A stretch of DNA of 64,000 nucleotides from Lingula anatina (lineage: Eukaryota > Animalia > Brachiopoda): assembly GCA_051362555.1 (NCBI GenBank), contig JBPQGU010000016.1, positions 4,960,001 to 5,024,000 on the forward strand. The letters run 5' to 3'. Shown one piece after another: positions 24,001 to 37,122 of the stretch (its first letter is position 1; each line of letters opens with the position of its first letter). The notes below the pieces were generated by a model. That model was not told where the DNA came from. It saw only the letters and a list, made by a program, of their open reading frames with translations, and did no database searches. Both the position numbers and the translations under genes were made by a program.

Positions 24001-27000
24001 TCGTCACTTTTTGGAAAAATCGGAGACGGGTCGATTTTTGGTGATTTTGAGTGATTTTGAACAGTGCCGGCACTGTGAGATTTCTTCAATTTTGGCCAGG
24101 TAGGGATGAAAATTTTTTTTCTTCATTATAGTGTCAGGTAGGTGTGTTCGGTCATTTGTAGTAAGAATAAAGTGCTGGAAGAGTGGTGGTGTCAACATTA
24201 AGGAAGAAATAGAGCAAAAACTCTGTCTCCCCCCCCCCTCTCAGATTCTGTTCTCAGAGCTTATTTTTGGATCATCTTTAAAGCTAGAATTGGGGGCCTT
24301 GATGAAGTGACCCGGGCGCGTTTCCACATTTTTTATGAATGACAGGTGTGGTAGATTGATTTTCGTCACTTTTTGGAAAAATCGGAGACGGGTCGATTTT
24401 TGGTGATTTTGAGTGATTTTGAACAGTGCCGGCACTGTGAGATTTCTTCAATTTTGGCCAGGTAGGGATGAAAATTTTTTTTCTTCATTATAGTGTCAGG
24501 TAGGTGTGTTCGGTCATTTGTAGTAAGAATAAAGTGCTGGAAGAGTGGTGGTGTCAACATTAAGGAAGAAATAGAGCAAAAACTCTGTCTCCCCCCCCCC
24601 TCTCAGATTCTGTTCTCAGAGCTTATTTTTGGATCATCTTTAAAGCTAGAATTGGGGGCCTTGATGAAGTGACCCGGGCGCGTTTCCACATTTTTTATGA
24701 ATGACAGGTGTGGTAGATTGATTTTCGTCACTTTTTGGAAAAATCGGAGACGGGTCGATTTTTGGTGATTTTGAGTGATTTTGAACAGTGCCGGCACTGT
24801 GAGAGTTCTTCAATTTTGGCCAGGTAGGGATGAAAATTTTTTTTCTTCATTATAGTGTCAGGTAGGTGTGTTCGGTCATTTGTAGTAAGAATAAAGTGCT
24901 GGAAGAGTGGTGGTGTCAACATTAAGGAAGAAATAGAGCAAAAACTCTGTCTCCCCCCCCCCCTCTCAGATTCTGTTCTCAGAGCTTATTTTTGGATCAT
25001 CTTTAAAGCTAGAATTGGGGGCCTTGATGAAGTGACCCGGGCGCGTTTCCACATTTTTTATGAATGACAGGTGTGGTAGATTGATTTTCGTCACTTTTTG
25101 GAAAAATCGGAGACGGGTCGATGTTTGGTGATTTTGAGTGATTTTGAACAGTGCCGGCACTGTGAGATTTCTTCAATTTTGGCCAGGTAGGGATGAAAAT
25201 TTTTTTTCTTCATTATAGTGTCAGGTAGGTGTGTTCGGTCATTTGTAGTAAGAATAAAGTGCTGGAAGAGTGGTGGTGTCAACATTAAGGAAGAAATAGA
25301 GCAAAAACTCTGTCTCCCCCCCCCCTCTCAGATTCTGTTCTCAGAGCTTATTTTTGGATCATCTTTAAAGCTAGAATTGGGGGCCTTGATGAAGTGACCC
25401 GGGCGCGTTTCCACATTTTTTATGAATGACAGGTGTGGTAGATTGATTTTCGTCACTTTTTGGAAAAATCGGAGACGGGTCGATTTTTGGTGATTTTGAG
25501 TGATTTTGAACAGTGCCGGCACTGTGAGATTTCTTCAATTTTGGCCAGGTAGGGATGAAAATTTTTTTTCTTCATTATAGTGTCAGGTAGGTGTGTTCGG
25601 TCATTTGTAGTAAGAATAAAGTGCTGGAAGAGTGGTGGTGTCAACATTAAGGAAGAAATAGAGCAAAAACTCTGTCTCCCCCCCCCCTCTCAGATTCTGT
25701 TCTCAGAGCTTATTTTTGGATCATCTTTAAAGCTAGAATTGGGGGCCTTGATGAAGTGACCCGGGCGCGTTTCCACATTTTTTATGAATGACAGGTGTGG
25801 TAGATTGATTTTCGTCACTTTTTGGAAAAATCGGAGACGGGTCGATTTTTGGTGATTTTGAGTGATTTTGAACAGTGCCGGCACTGTGAGATTTCTTCAA
25901 TTTTGGCCAGGTAGGGATGAAAATTTTTTTTCTTCATTATAGTGTCAGGTAGGTGTGTTCGGTCATTTGTAGTAAGAATAAAGTGCTGGAAGAGTGGTGG
26001 TGTCAACATTAAGGAAGAAATAGAGCAAAAACTCTGTCTCCCCCCCCCCTCTCAGATTCTGTTCTCAGAGCTTATTTTTGGATCATCTTTAAAGCTAGAA
26101 TTGGGGGCCTTGATGAAGTGACCCGGGCGCGTTTCCACATTTTTTATGAATGACAGGTGTGGTAGATTGATTTTCGTCACTTTTTGGAAAAATCGGAGAC
26201 GGGTCTATTTTTGGTGATTTTGAGTGATTTTGAACAGTGCCGGCACTGTGAGAGTTCTTCAATTTTGGCCAGGTAGGGATGAAAATTTTTTTTCTTCATT
26301 ATAGTGTCAGGTAGGTGTGTTCGGTCATTTGTAGTAAGAATAAAGTGCTGGAAGAGTGGTGGTGTCAACATTAAGGAAGAAATAGAGCAAAAACTCTGTC
26401 TCCCCCCCCCTCTCAGATTCTGTTCTCAGAGCTTATTTTTGGATCATCTTTAAAGCTAGAATTGGGGGCCTTGATGAAGTGACCCGGGCGCGTTTCCACA
26501 TTTTTTATGAATGACAGGTGTGGTAGATTGATTTTCGTCACTTTTTGGAAAAATCGGAGACGGGTCGATTTTTGGTGATTTTGAGTGATTTTGAACAGTG
26601 CCGGCACTGTGAGATTTCTTCAATTTTGGCCAGGTAGGGATGAAAATTTTTTTTCTTCATTATAGTGTCAGGTAGGTGTGTTCGGTCATTTGTAGTAAGA
26701 ATAAAGTGCTGGAAGAGTGGTGGTGTCAACATTAAGGAAGAAATAGAGCAAAAACTCTGTCTCCCCCCCCCCTCTCAGATTCTGTTCTCAGAGCTTATTT
26801 TTGGATCATCTTTAAAGCTAGAATTGGGGGCCTTGATGAAGTGACCCGGGCGCGTTTCCACATTTTTTATGAATGACAGGTGTGGTAGATTGATTTTCGT
26901 CACTTTTTGGAAAAATCGGAGACGGGTCGATTTTTGGTGATTTTGAGTGATTTTGAACAGTGCCGGCACTGTGAGATTTCTTCAATTTTGGCCAGGTAGG

Positions 27001-30000
27001 GATGAAAATTTTTTTTCTTCATTATAGTGTCAGGTAGGTGTGTTCGGTCATTTGTAGTAAGAATAAAGTGCTGGAAGAGTGGTGGTGTCAACATTAAGGA
27101 AGAAATAGAGCAAAAACTCTGTCTCCCCCCCCCCTCTCAGATTCTGTTCTCAGAGCTTATTTTTGGATCATCTTTAAAGCTAGAATTGGGGGCCTTGATG
27201 AAGTGACCCGGGCGCGTTTCCACATTTTTTATGAATGACAGGTGTGGTAGATTGATTTTCGTCACTTTTTGGAAAAATCGGAGACGGGTCGATTTTTGGT
27301 GATTTTGAGTGATTTTGAACAGTGCCGGCAATGTGAGATTTCTTCAATTTTGGCCAGGTAGGGATGAAAATTTTTTTTCTTCATTATAGTGTCAGGTAGG
27401 TGTGTTCGGTCATTTGTAGTAAGAATAAAGTGCTGGAAGAGTGGTGGTGTCAACATTAAGGAAGAAATGGAGCAAAAACTCTGTCTCCCCCCCCCCCTCT
27501 CAGATTCTGTTCTCAGAGCTTATTTTTGGATCATCTTTAAAGCTAGAATTGGGGGCCTTGATGAAGTGACCTGGGCGCGTTTCCACATTTTTTATGAATG
27601 ACAGGTGTGGTAGATTGATTTTCGTCACTTTTTGGAAAAATCGGAGACGGGTCGATTTTTGGTGATTTTGAGTGATTTTGAACAGTGCCGGCACTGTGAG
27701 ATTTCTTCAATTTTGGCCAGGTAGGGATGAAAATTTTTTTTCTTCATTATAGTGTCAGGTAGGTGTGTTCGGTCATTTGTAGTAAGAATAAAGTGCTGGA
27801 AGAGTGGTGGTGTCAACATTAAGGAAGAAATAGAGCAAAAACTCTGTCTCCCCCCCCCCCTCTCAGATTCTGTTCTCAGAGCTTATTTTTGGATCATCTT
27901 TAAAGCTAGAATTGGGGGCCTTGATGAAGTGACCCGGGCGCGTTTCCACATTTTTTATGAATGACAGGTGTGGTAGATTGATTTTCGTCACTTTTTGGAA
28001 AAATCGGAGACGGGTCGATTTTTGGTGATTTTGAGTGATTTTGAACAGTGCCGGCACTGTGAGATTTCTTCAATTTTGGCCAGGTAGGGATGAAAATTTT
28101 TTTTCTTCATTATAGTGTCAGGTAGGTGTGTTCGGTCATTTGTAGTAAGAATAAAGTGCTGGAAGAGTGGTGGTGTCAACATTAAGGAAGAAATGGAGCA
28201 AAAACTCTGTCTCCCCCCCCCCCCTCTCAGATTCTGTTCTCAGAGCTTATTTTTGGATCATCTTTAAAGCTAGAATTGGGGGCCTTGATGAAGTGACCCG
28301 GGCGCGTTTCCACATTTTTTATGAATGACAGGTGTGGTAGATTGATTTTCGTCACTTTTTGGAAAAATCGGAGACGGGTCGATTTTTGGTGATTTTGAGT
28401 GATTTTGAACAGTGCCGGCACTGTGAGATTTCTTCAATTTTGGCCAGGTAGGGATGAAAATTTTTTTTCTTCATTATAGTGTCAGGTAGGTGTGTTCGGT
28501 CATTTGTAGTAAGAATAAAGTGCTGGAAGAGTGGTGGTGTCAACATTAAGGAAGAAATAGAGCAAAAACTCTTTCTCCCCCCCCCCCTCTCAGATTCTGT
28601 TCTCAGAGCTTATTTTTGGATCATCTTTAAAGCTAGAATTGGGGGCCTTGATGAAGTGACCCGGGCGCGTTTCCACATTTTTTATGAATGACAGGTGTGG
28701 TAGATTGATTTTCGTCACTTTTTGGAAAAATCGGAGACGGGTCGATTTTTGGTGATTTTGAGTGATTTTGAACAGTGCCGGCACTGTGAGATTTCTTCAA
28801 TTTTGGCCAGGTAGGGATGAAAATTTTTTTTCTTCATTATAGTGTCAGGTAGGTGTGTTCGGTCATTTGTAGTAAGAATAAAGTGCTGGAAGAGTGGTGG
28901 TGTCAACATTAAGGAAGAAATAGAGCAAAAACTCTGTCTCCCCCCCCCCCTCTCAGATTCTGTTCTCAGAGCTTATTTTTGGATCATCTTTAAAGCTAGA
29001 ATTGGGGGCCTTGATGAAGTGACCCGGGCGCGTTTCCACATTTTTTATGAATGACAGGTGTGGTAGATTGATTTTCGTCACTTTTTGGAAAAATCGGAGA
29101 CGGGTCGATTTTTGGTGATTTTGAGTGATTTTGAACAGTGCCGGCACTGTGAGATTTCTTCAATTTTGGCCAGGTAGGGATGAAAATTTTTTTTCTTCAT
29201 TATAGTGTCAGGTAGGTGTGTTCGGTCATTTGTAGTAAGAATAAAGTGCTGGAAGAGTGGTGGTGTCAACATTAAGGAAGAAATAGAGCAAAAACTCTGT
29301 CTCCCCCCCCCCTCTCAGATTCTGTTCTCAGAGCTTATTTTTGGATCATCTTTAAAGCTAGAATTGGGGGCCTTGATGAAGTGACCCGGGCGCGTTTCCA
29401 CATTTTTTATGAATGACAGGTGTGGTAGATTGATTTTCGTCACTTTTTGGAAAAATCGGAGACGGGTCGATTTTTGGTGATTTTGAGTGATTTTGAACAG
29501 TGCCGGCACTGTGAGAGTTCTTCAATTTTGGCCAGGTAGGGATGAAAATTTTTTTTCTTCATTATAGTGTCAGGTAGGTGTGTTCGGTCATTTGTAGTAA
29601 GAATAAAGTGCTGGAAGAGTGGTGGTGTCAACATTAAGGAAGAAATAGAGCAAAAACTCTGTCTCCCCCCCCCCCTCTCAGATTCTGTTCTCAGAGCTTA
29701 TTTTTGGATCATCTTTAAAGCTAGAATTGGGGGCCTTGATGAAGTGACCCGGGCGCGTTTCCACATTTTTTATGAATGACAGGTGTGGTAGATTGATTTT
29801 CGTCACTTTTTGGAAAAATCGGAGACGGGTCGATTTTTGGTGATTTTGAGTGATTTTGAACAGTGCCGGCACTGTGAGATTTCTTCAATTTTGGCCAGGT
29901 AGGGATGAAAATTTTTTTTCTTCATTATAGTGTCAGGTAGGTGTGTTCGGTCATTTGTAGTAAGAATAAAGTGCTGGAAGAGTGGTGGTGTCAACATTAA

Positions 30001-33000
30001 GGAAGAAATAGAGCAAAAACTCTGTCTCCCCCCCCCCTCTCAGATTCTGTTCTCAGAGCTTATTTTTGGATCATCTTTAAAGCTAGAATTGGGGGCCTTG
30101 ATGAAGTGACCCGGGCGCGTTTCCACATTTTTTATGAATGACAGGTGTGGTAGATTGATTTTCGTCACTTTTTGGAAAAATCGGAGACGGGTCGATTTTT
30201 GGTGATTTTGAGTGATTTTGAACAGTGCCGGCACTGTGAGATTTCTTCAATTTTGGCCAGGTAGGGATGAAAATTTTTTTTCTTCATTATAGTGTCAGGT
30301 AGGTGTGTTCGGTCATTTGTAGTAAGAATAAAGTGCTGGAAGAGTGGTGGTGTCAACATTAAGGAAGAAATAGAGCAAAAACTCTGTCTCCCCCCCCCCT
30401 CTCAGATTCTGTTCTCAGAGCTTATTTTTGGATCATCTTTAAAGCTAGAATTGGGGGCCTTGATGAAGTGACCCGGGCGCGTTTCCACATTTTTTATGAA
30501 TGACAGGTGTGGTAGATTGATTTTCGTCACTTTTTGGAAAAATCGGAGACGGGTCGATTTTTGGTGATTTTGAGTGATTTTGAACAGTGCCGGCACTGTG
30601 AGATTTCTTCAATTTTGGCCAGGTAGGGATGAAAATTTTTTTTCTTCATTATAGTGTCAGGTAGGTGTGTTCGGTCATTTGTAGTAAGAATAAAGTGCTG
30701 GAAGAGTGGTGGTGTCAACATTAAGGAAGAAATAGAGCAAAAACTCTGTCTCCCCCCCCCCTCTCAGATTCTGTTCTCAGAGCTTATTTTTGGATCATCT
30801 TTAAAGCTAGAATTGGGGGCCTTGATGAAGTGACCCGGGCGCGTTTCCACATTTTTTTATGAATGACAGGTGTGGTAGATTGATTTTCGTCACTTTTTGG
30901 AAAAATCGGAGACGGGTCGATTTTTGGTGATTTTGAGTGATTTTGAACAGTGCCGGCACTGTGAGATTTCTTCAATTTTGGCCAGGTAGGGATGAAAATT
31001 TTTTTTCTTCATTATAGTGTCAGGTAGGTGTGTTCGGTCATTTGTAGTAAGAATAAAGTGCTGGAAGAGTGGTGGTGTCAACATTAAGGAAGAAATAGAG
31101 CAAAAACTCTGTCTCCCCCCCCCCCTCTCAGATTCTGTTCTCAGAGCTTATTTTTGGATCATCTTTAAAGCTAGAATTGGGGGCCTTGATGAAGTGACCC
31201 GGGCGCGTTTCCACATTTTTTATGAATGACAGGTGTGGTAGATTGATTTTCGTCACTTTTTGGAAAAATCGGAGACGGGTCGATTTTTGGTGATTTTGAG
31301 TGATTTTGAACAGTGCCGGCACTGTGAGATTTCTTCAATTTTGGCCAGGTAGGGATGAAAATTTTTTTTCTTCATTATAGTGTCAGGTAGGTGTGTTCGG
31401 TCATTTGTAGTAAGAATAAAGTGCTGGAAGAGTGGTGGTGTCAACATTAAGGAAGAAATAGAGCAAAAACTCTGTCTCCCCCCCCCCTCTCAGATTCTGT
31501 TCTCAGAGCTTATTTTTGGATCATCTTTAAAGCTAGAATTGGGGGCCTTGATGAAGTGACCCGGGCGCGTTTCCACATTTTTTATGAATGACAGGTGTGG
31601 TAGATTGATTTTCGTCACTTTTTGGAAAAATCGGAGACGGGTCGATTTTTGGTGATTTTGAGTGATTTTGAACAGTGCCGGCACTGTGAGATTTCTTCAA
31701 TTTTGGCCAGGTAGGGATGAAAATTTTTTTTCTTCATTATAGTGTCAGGTAGGTGTGTTCGGTCATTTGTAGTAAGAATAAAGTGCTGGAAGAGTGGTGG
31801 TGTCAACATTAAGGAAGAAATAGAGCAAAAACTCTGTCTCCCCCCCCCCCTCTCAGATTCTGTTCTCAGAGCTTATTTTTGGATCATCTTTAAAGCTAGA
31901 ATTGGGGGCCTTGATGAAGTGACCCGGGCGCGTTTCCACATTTTTTTATGAATGACAGGTGTGGTAGATTGATTTTCGTCACTTTTTGGAAAAATCGGAG
32001 ACGGGTCGATTTTTGGTGATTTTGAGTGATTTTGAACAGTGCCGGCACTGTGAGATTTCTTCAATTTTGGCCAGGTAGGGATGAAAATTTTTTTTCTTCA
32101 TTATAGTGTCAGGTAGGTGTGTTCGGTCATTTGTAGTAAGAATAAAGTGCTGGAAGAGTGGTGGTGTCAACATTAAGGAAGAAATAGAGCAAAAACTCTG
32201 TCTCCCCCCCCCCCTCTCAGATTCTGTTCTCAGAGCTTATTTTTGGATCATCTTTAAAGCTAGAATTGGGGGCCTTGATGAAGTGACCCGGGCGCGTTTC
32301 CACATTTTTTATGAATGACAGGTGTGGTAGATTGATTTTCGTCACTTTTTGGAAAAATCGGAGACGGGTCGATTTTTGGTGATTTTGAGTGATTTTGAAC
32401 AGTGCCGGCACTGTGAGATTTCTTCAATTTTGGCCAGGTAGGGATGAAAATTTTTTTTCTTCATTATAGTGTCAGGTAGGTGTGTTCGGTCATTTGTAGT
32501 AAGAATAAAGTGCTGGAAGAGTGGTGGTGTCAACATTAAGGAAGAAATAGAGCAAAAACTCTGTCTCCCCCCCCCCCTCTCAGATTCTGTTCTCAGAGCT
32601 TATTTTTGGATCATCTTTAAAGCTAGAATTGGGGGCCTTGATGAAGTGACCCGGGCGCGTTTCCACATTTTTTATGAATGACAGGTGTGGTAGATTGATT
32701 TTCGTCACTTTTTGGAAAAATCGGAGACGGGTCGATTTTTGGTGATTTTGAGTGATTTTGAACAGTGCCGGCACTGTGAGATTTCTTCAATTTTGGCCAG
32801 GTAGGGATGAAAATTTTTTTTCTTCATTATAGTGTCAGGTAGGTGTGTTCGGTCATTTGTAGTAAGAATAAAGTGCTGGAAGAGTGGTGGTGTCAACATT
32901 AAGGAAGAAATAGAGCAAAAACTCTGTCTCCCCCCCCCCTCTCAGATTCTGTTCTCAGAGCTTATTTTTGGATCATCTTTAAAGCTAGAATTGGGGGCCT

Positions 33001-36000
33001 TGATGAAGTGACCCGGGCGCGTTTCCACATTTTTTATGAATGACAGGTGTGGTAGATTGATTTTCGTCACTTTTTGGAAAAATCGGAGACGGGTCGATTT
33101 TTGGTGATTTTGAGTGATTTTGAACAGTGCCGGCACTGTGAGATTTCTTCAATTTTGGCCAGGTAGGGATGAAAATTTTTTTTCTTCATTATAGTGTCAG
33201 GTAGGTGTGTTCGGTCATTTGTAGTAAGAATAAAGTGCTGGAAGAGTGGTGGTGTCAACATTAAGGAAGAAATAGAGCAAAAACTCTGTCTCCCCCCCCC
33301 TCTCAGATTCTGTTCTCAGAGCTTATTTTTGGATCATCTTTAAAGCTAGAATTGGGGGCCTTGATGAAGTGACCCGGGCGCGTTTCCACATTTTTTATGA
33401 ATGACAGGTGTGGTAGATTGATTTTCGTCACTTTTTGGAAAAATCGGAGACGGGTCGATTTTTGGTGATTTTGAGTGATTTTGAACAGTGCCGGCACTGT
33501 GAGATTTCTTCAATTTTGGCCAGGTAGGGATGAAAATTTTTTTTCTTCATTATAGTGTCAGGTAGGTGTGTTCGGTCATTTGTAGTAAGAATAAAGTGCT
33601 GGAAGAGTGGTGGTGTCAACATTAAGGAAGAAATAGAGCAAAAACTCTGTCTCCCCCCCCCCTCTCAGATTCTGTTCTCAGAGCTTATTTTTGGATCATC
33701 TTTAAAGCTAGAATTGGGGGCCTTGATGAAGTGACCCGGGCGCGTTTCCACATTTTTTATGAATGACAGGTGTGGTAGATTGATTTTCGTCACTTTTTGG
33801 AAAAATCGGAGACGGGTCGATTTTTGGTGATTTTGAGTGATTTTGAACAGTGCCGGCACTGTGAGATTTCTTCAATTTTGGCCAGGTAGGGATGAAAATT
33901 TTTTTTCTTCATTATAGTGTCAGGTAGGTGTGTTCGGTCATTTGTAGTAAGAATAAAGTGCTGGAAGAGTGGTGGTGTCAACATTAAGGAAGAAATAGAG
34001 CAAAAACTCTGTCTCCCCCCCCCCTCTCAGATTCTGTTCTCAGAGCTTATTTTTGGATCATCTTTAAAGCTAGAATTGGGGGCCTTGATGAAGTGACCCG
34101 GGCGCGTTTCCACATTTTTTATGAATGACAGGTGTGGTAGATTGATTTTCGTCACTTTTTGGAAAAATCGGAGACGGGTCGATTTTTGGTGATTTTGAGT
34201 GATTTTGAACAGTGCCGGCACTGTGAGATTTCTTCAATTTTGGCCAGGTAGGGATGAAAATTTTTTTTCTTCATTATAGTGTCAGGTAGGTGTGTTCGGT
34301 CATTTGTAGTAAGAATAAAGTGCTGGAAGAGTGGTGGTGTCAACATTAAGGAAGAAATAGAGCAAAAACTCTGTCTCCCCCCCCCCTCTCAGATTCTGTT
34401 CTCAGAGCTTATTTTTGGATCATCTTTAAAGCTAGAATTGGGGGCCTTGATGAAGTGACCCGGGCGCGTTTCCACATTTTTTATGAATGACAGGTGTGGT
34501 AGATTGATTTTCGTCACTTTTTGGAAAAATCGGAGACGGGTCGATTTTTGGTGATTTTGAGTGATTTTGAACAGTGCCGGCACTGTGAGATTTCTTCAAT
34601 TTTGGCCAGGTAGGGATGAAAATTTTTTTTCTTCATTATAGTGTCAGGTAGGTGTGTTCGGTCATTTGTAGTAAGAATAAAGTGCTGGAAGAGTGGTGGT
34701 GTCAACATTAAGGAAGAAATAGAGCAAAAACTCTGTCTCCCCCCCCCCTCTCAGATTCTGTTCTCAGAGCTTATTTTTGGATCATCTTTAAAGCTAGAAT
34801 TGGGGGCCTTGATGAAGTGACCCGGGCGCGTTTCCACATTTTTTATGAATGACAGGTGTGGTAGATTGATTTTCGTCACTTTTTGGAAAAATCGGAGACG
34901 GGTCGATTTTTGGTGATTTTGAGTGATTTTGAACAGTGCCGGCACTGTGAGATTTCTTCAATTTTGGCCAGGTAGGGATGAAAATTTTTTTTCTTCATTA
35001 TAGTGTCAGGTAGGTGTGTTCGGTCATTTGTAGTAAGAATAAAGTGCTGGAAGAGTGGTGGTGTCAACATTAAGGAAGAAATAGAGCAAAAACTCTGTCT
35101 CCCCCCCCCCTCTCAGATTCTGTTCTCAGAGCTTATTTTTGGATCATCTTTAAAGCTAGAATTGGGGGCCTTGATGAAGTGACCCGGGCGCGTTTCCACA
35201 TTTTTTATGAATGACAGGTGTGGTAGATTGATTTTCGTCACTTTTGGAAAAATCGGAGACGGGTCGATTTTTGGTGATTTTGAGTGATTTTGAACAGTGC
35301 CGGCACTGTGAGATTTCTTCAATTTTGGCCAGGTAGGGATGAAAATTTTTTTTCTTCATTATAGTGTCAGGTAGGTGTGTTCGGTCATTTGTAGTAAGAA
35401 TAAAGTGCTGGAAGAGTGGTGGTGTCAACATTAAGGAAGAAATAGAGCAAAAACTCTGTCTCCCCCCCCCCTCTCAGATTCTGTTCTCAGAGCTTATTTT
35501 TGGATCATCTTTAAAGCTAGAATTGGGGGCCTTGATGAAGTGACCCGGGCGCGTTTCCACATTTTTTATGAATGACAGGTGTGGTAGATTGATTTTCGTC
35601 ACTTTTTGGAAAAATCGGAGACGGGTCGATTTTTGGTGATTTTGAGTGATTTTGAACAGTGCCGGCACTGTGAGATTTCTTCAATTTTGGCCAGGTAGGG
35701 ATGAAAATTTTTTTTCTTCATTATAGTGTCAGGTAGGTGTGTTCGGTCATTTGTAGTAAGAATAAAGTGCTGGAAGAGTGGTGGTGTCAACATTAAGGAA
35801 GAAATAGAGCAAAAACTCTGTCTCCCCCCCCCCTCTCAGATTCTGTTCTCAGAGCTTATTTTTGGATCATCTTTAAAGCTAGAATTGGGGGCCTTGATGA
35901 AGTGACCCGGGCGCGTTTCCACATTTTTTATGAATGACAGGTGTGGTAGATTGATTTTCGTCACTTTTTGGAAAAATCGGAGACGGGTCGATTTTTGGTG

Positions 36001-37121
36001 ATTTTGAGTGATTTTGAACAGTGCCGGCACTGTGAGATTTCTTCAATTTTGGCCAGGTAGGGATGAAAATTTTTTTTCTTCATTATAGTGTCAGGTAGGT
36101 GTGTTCGGTCATTTGTAGTAAGAATAAAGTGCTGGAAGAGTGGTGGTGTCAACATTAAGGAAGAAATAGAGCAAAAACTCTGTCTCCCCCCCCCCCTCTC
36201 AGATTCTGTTCTCAGAGCTTATTTTTGGATCATCTTTAAAGCTAGAATTGGGGGCCTTGATGAAGTGACCCGGGCGCGTTTCCACATTTTTTATGAATGA
36301 CAGGTGTGGTAGATTGATTTTCGTCACTTTTTGGAAAAATCGGAGACGGGTCGATTTTTGGTGATTTTGAGTGATTTTGAACAGTGCCGGCACTGTGAGA
36401 TTTCTTCAATTTTGGCCAGGTAGGGATGAAAATTTTTTTTCTTCATTATAGTGTCAGGTAGGTGTGTTCGGTCATTTGTAGTAAGAATAAAGTGCTGGAA
36501 GAGTGGTGGTGTCAACATTAAGGAAGAAATAGAGCAAAAACTCTGTCTCCCCCCCCCCCTCTCAGATTCTGTTCTCAGAGCTTATTTTTGGATCATCTTT
36601 AAAGCTAGAATTGGGGGCCTTGATGAAGTGACCCGGGCGCGTTTCCACATTTTTTATGAATGACAGGTGTGGTAGATTGATTTTCGTCACTTTTTGGAAA
36701 AATCGGAGACGGGTCGATTTTGGTGATTTTGAGTGATTTTGAACAGTGCCGGCACTGTGAGATTTCTTCAATTTTGGCCAGGTAGGGATGAAAATTTTTT
36801 TTCTTCATTATAGTGTCAGGTAGGTGTGTTCGGTCATTTGTAGTAAGAATAAAGTGCTGGAAGAGTGGTGGTGTCAACATTAAGGAAGAAATAGAGCAAA
36901 AACTCTGTCTCCCCCCCCCCCTCTCAGATTCTGTTCTCAGAGCTTATTTTTGGATCATCTTTAAAGCTAGAATTGGGGGCCTTGATGAAGTGACCCGGGC
37001 GCGTTTCCACATTTTTTATGAATGACAGGTGTGGTAGATTGATTTTCGTCACTTTTTGGAAAAATCGGAGACGGGTCGATTTTTGGTGATTTTGAGTGAT
37101 TTTGAACAGTGCCGGCACTGT
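15032..37121 (-). repeat. Satellite DNA array, left arm: about 61 copies of a 361-364 bp monomer (C-tract on + strand)
   Basis: Near-identical head-to-tail units with a modal period of 362 bp. Length variation comes mostly from a C9-C12 tract. The array starts abruptly at TTGGCCAGGTAGGG (15032). Confidence 0.98.
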
Positions 37122-37122
37122 T
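37105..37122. other. Satellite inversion junction with an 18-bp perfect palindrome AACAGTGCCGGCACTGTT
   Basis: The left-arm monomer stops at the end of its palindrome (37121). The opposite-orientation monomer begins TTAATGATGACACC at 37121. Confidence 0.95.

Noticed and set aside
37105-37122. Inversion as a fold-back sequencing chimera
   Set aside because: The arms differ at five fixed sites and the junction is asymmetric. A contig misjoin is still possible.
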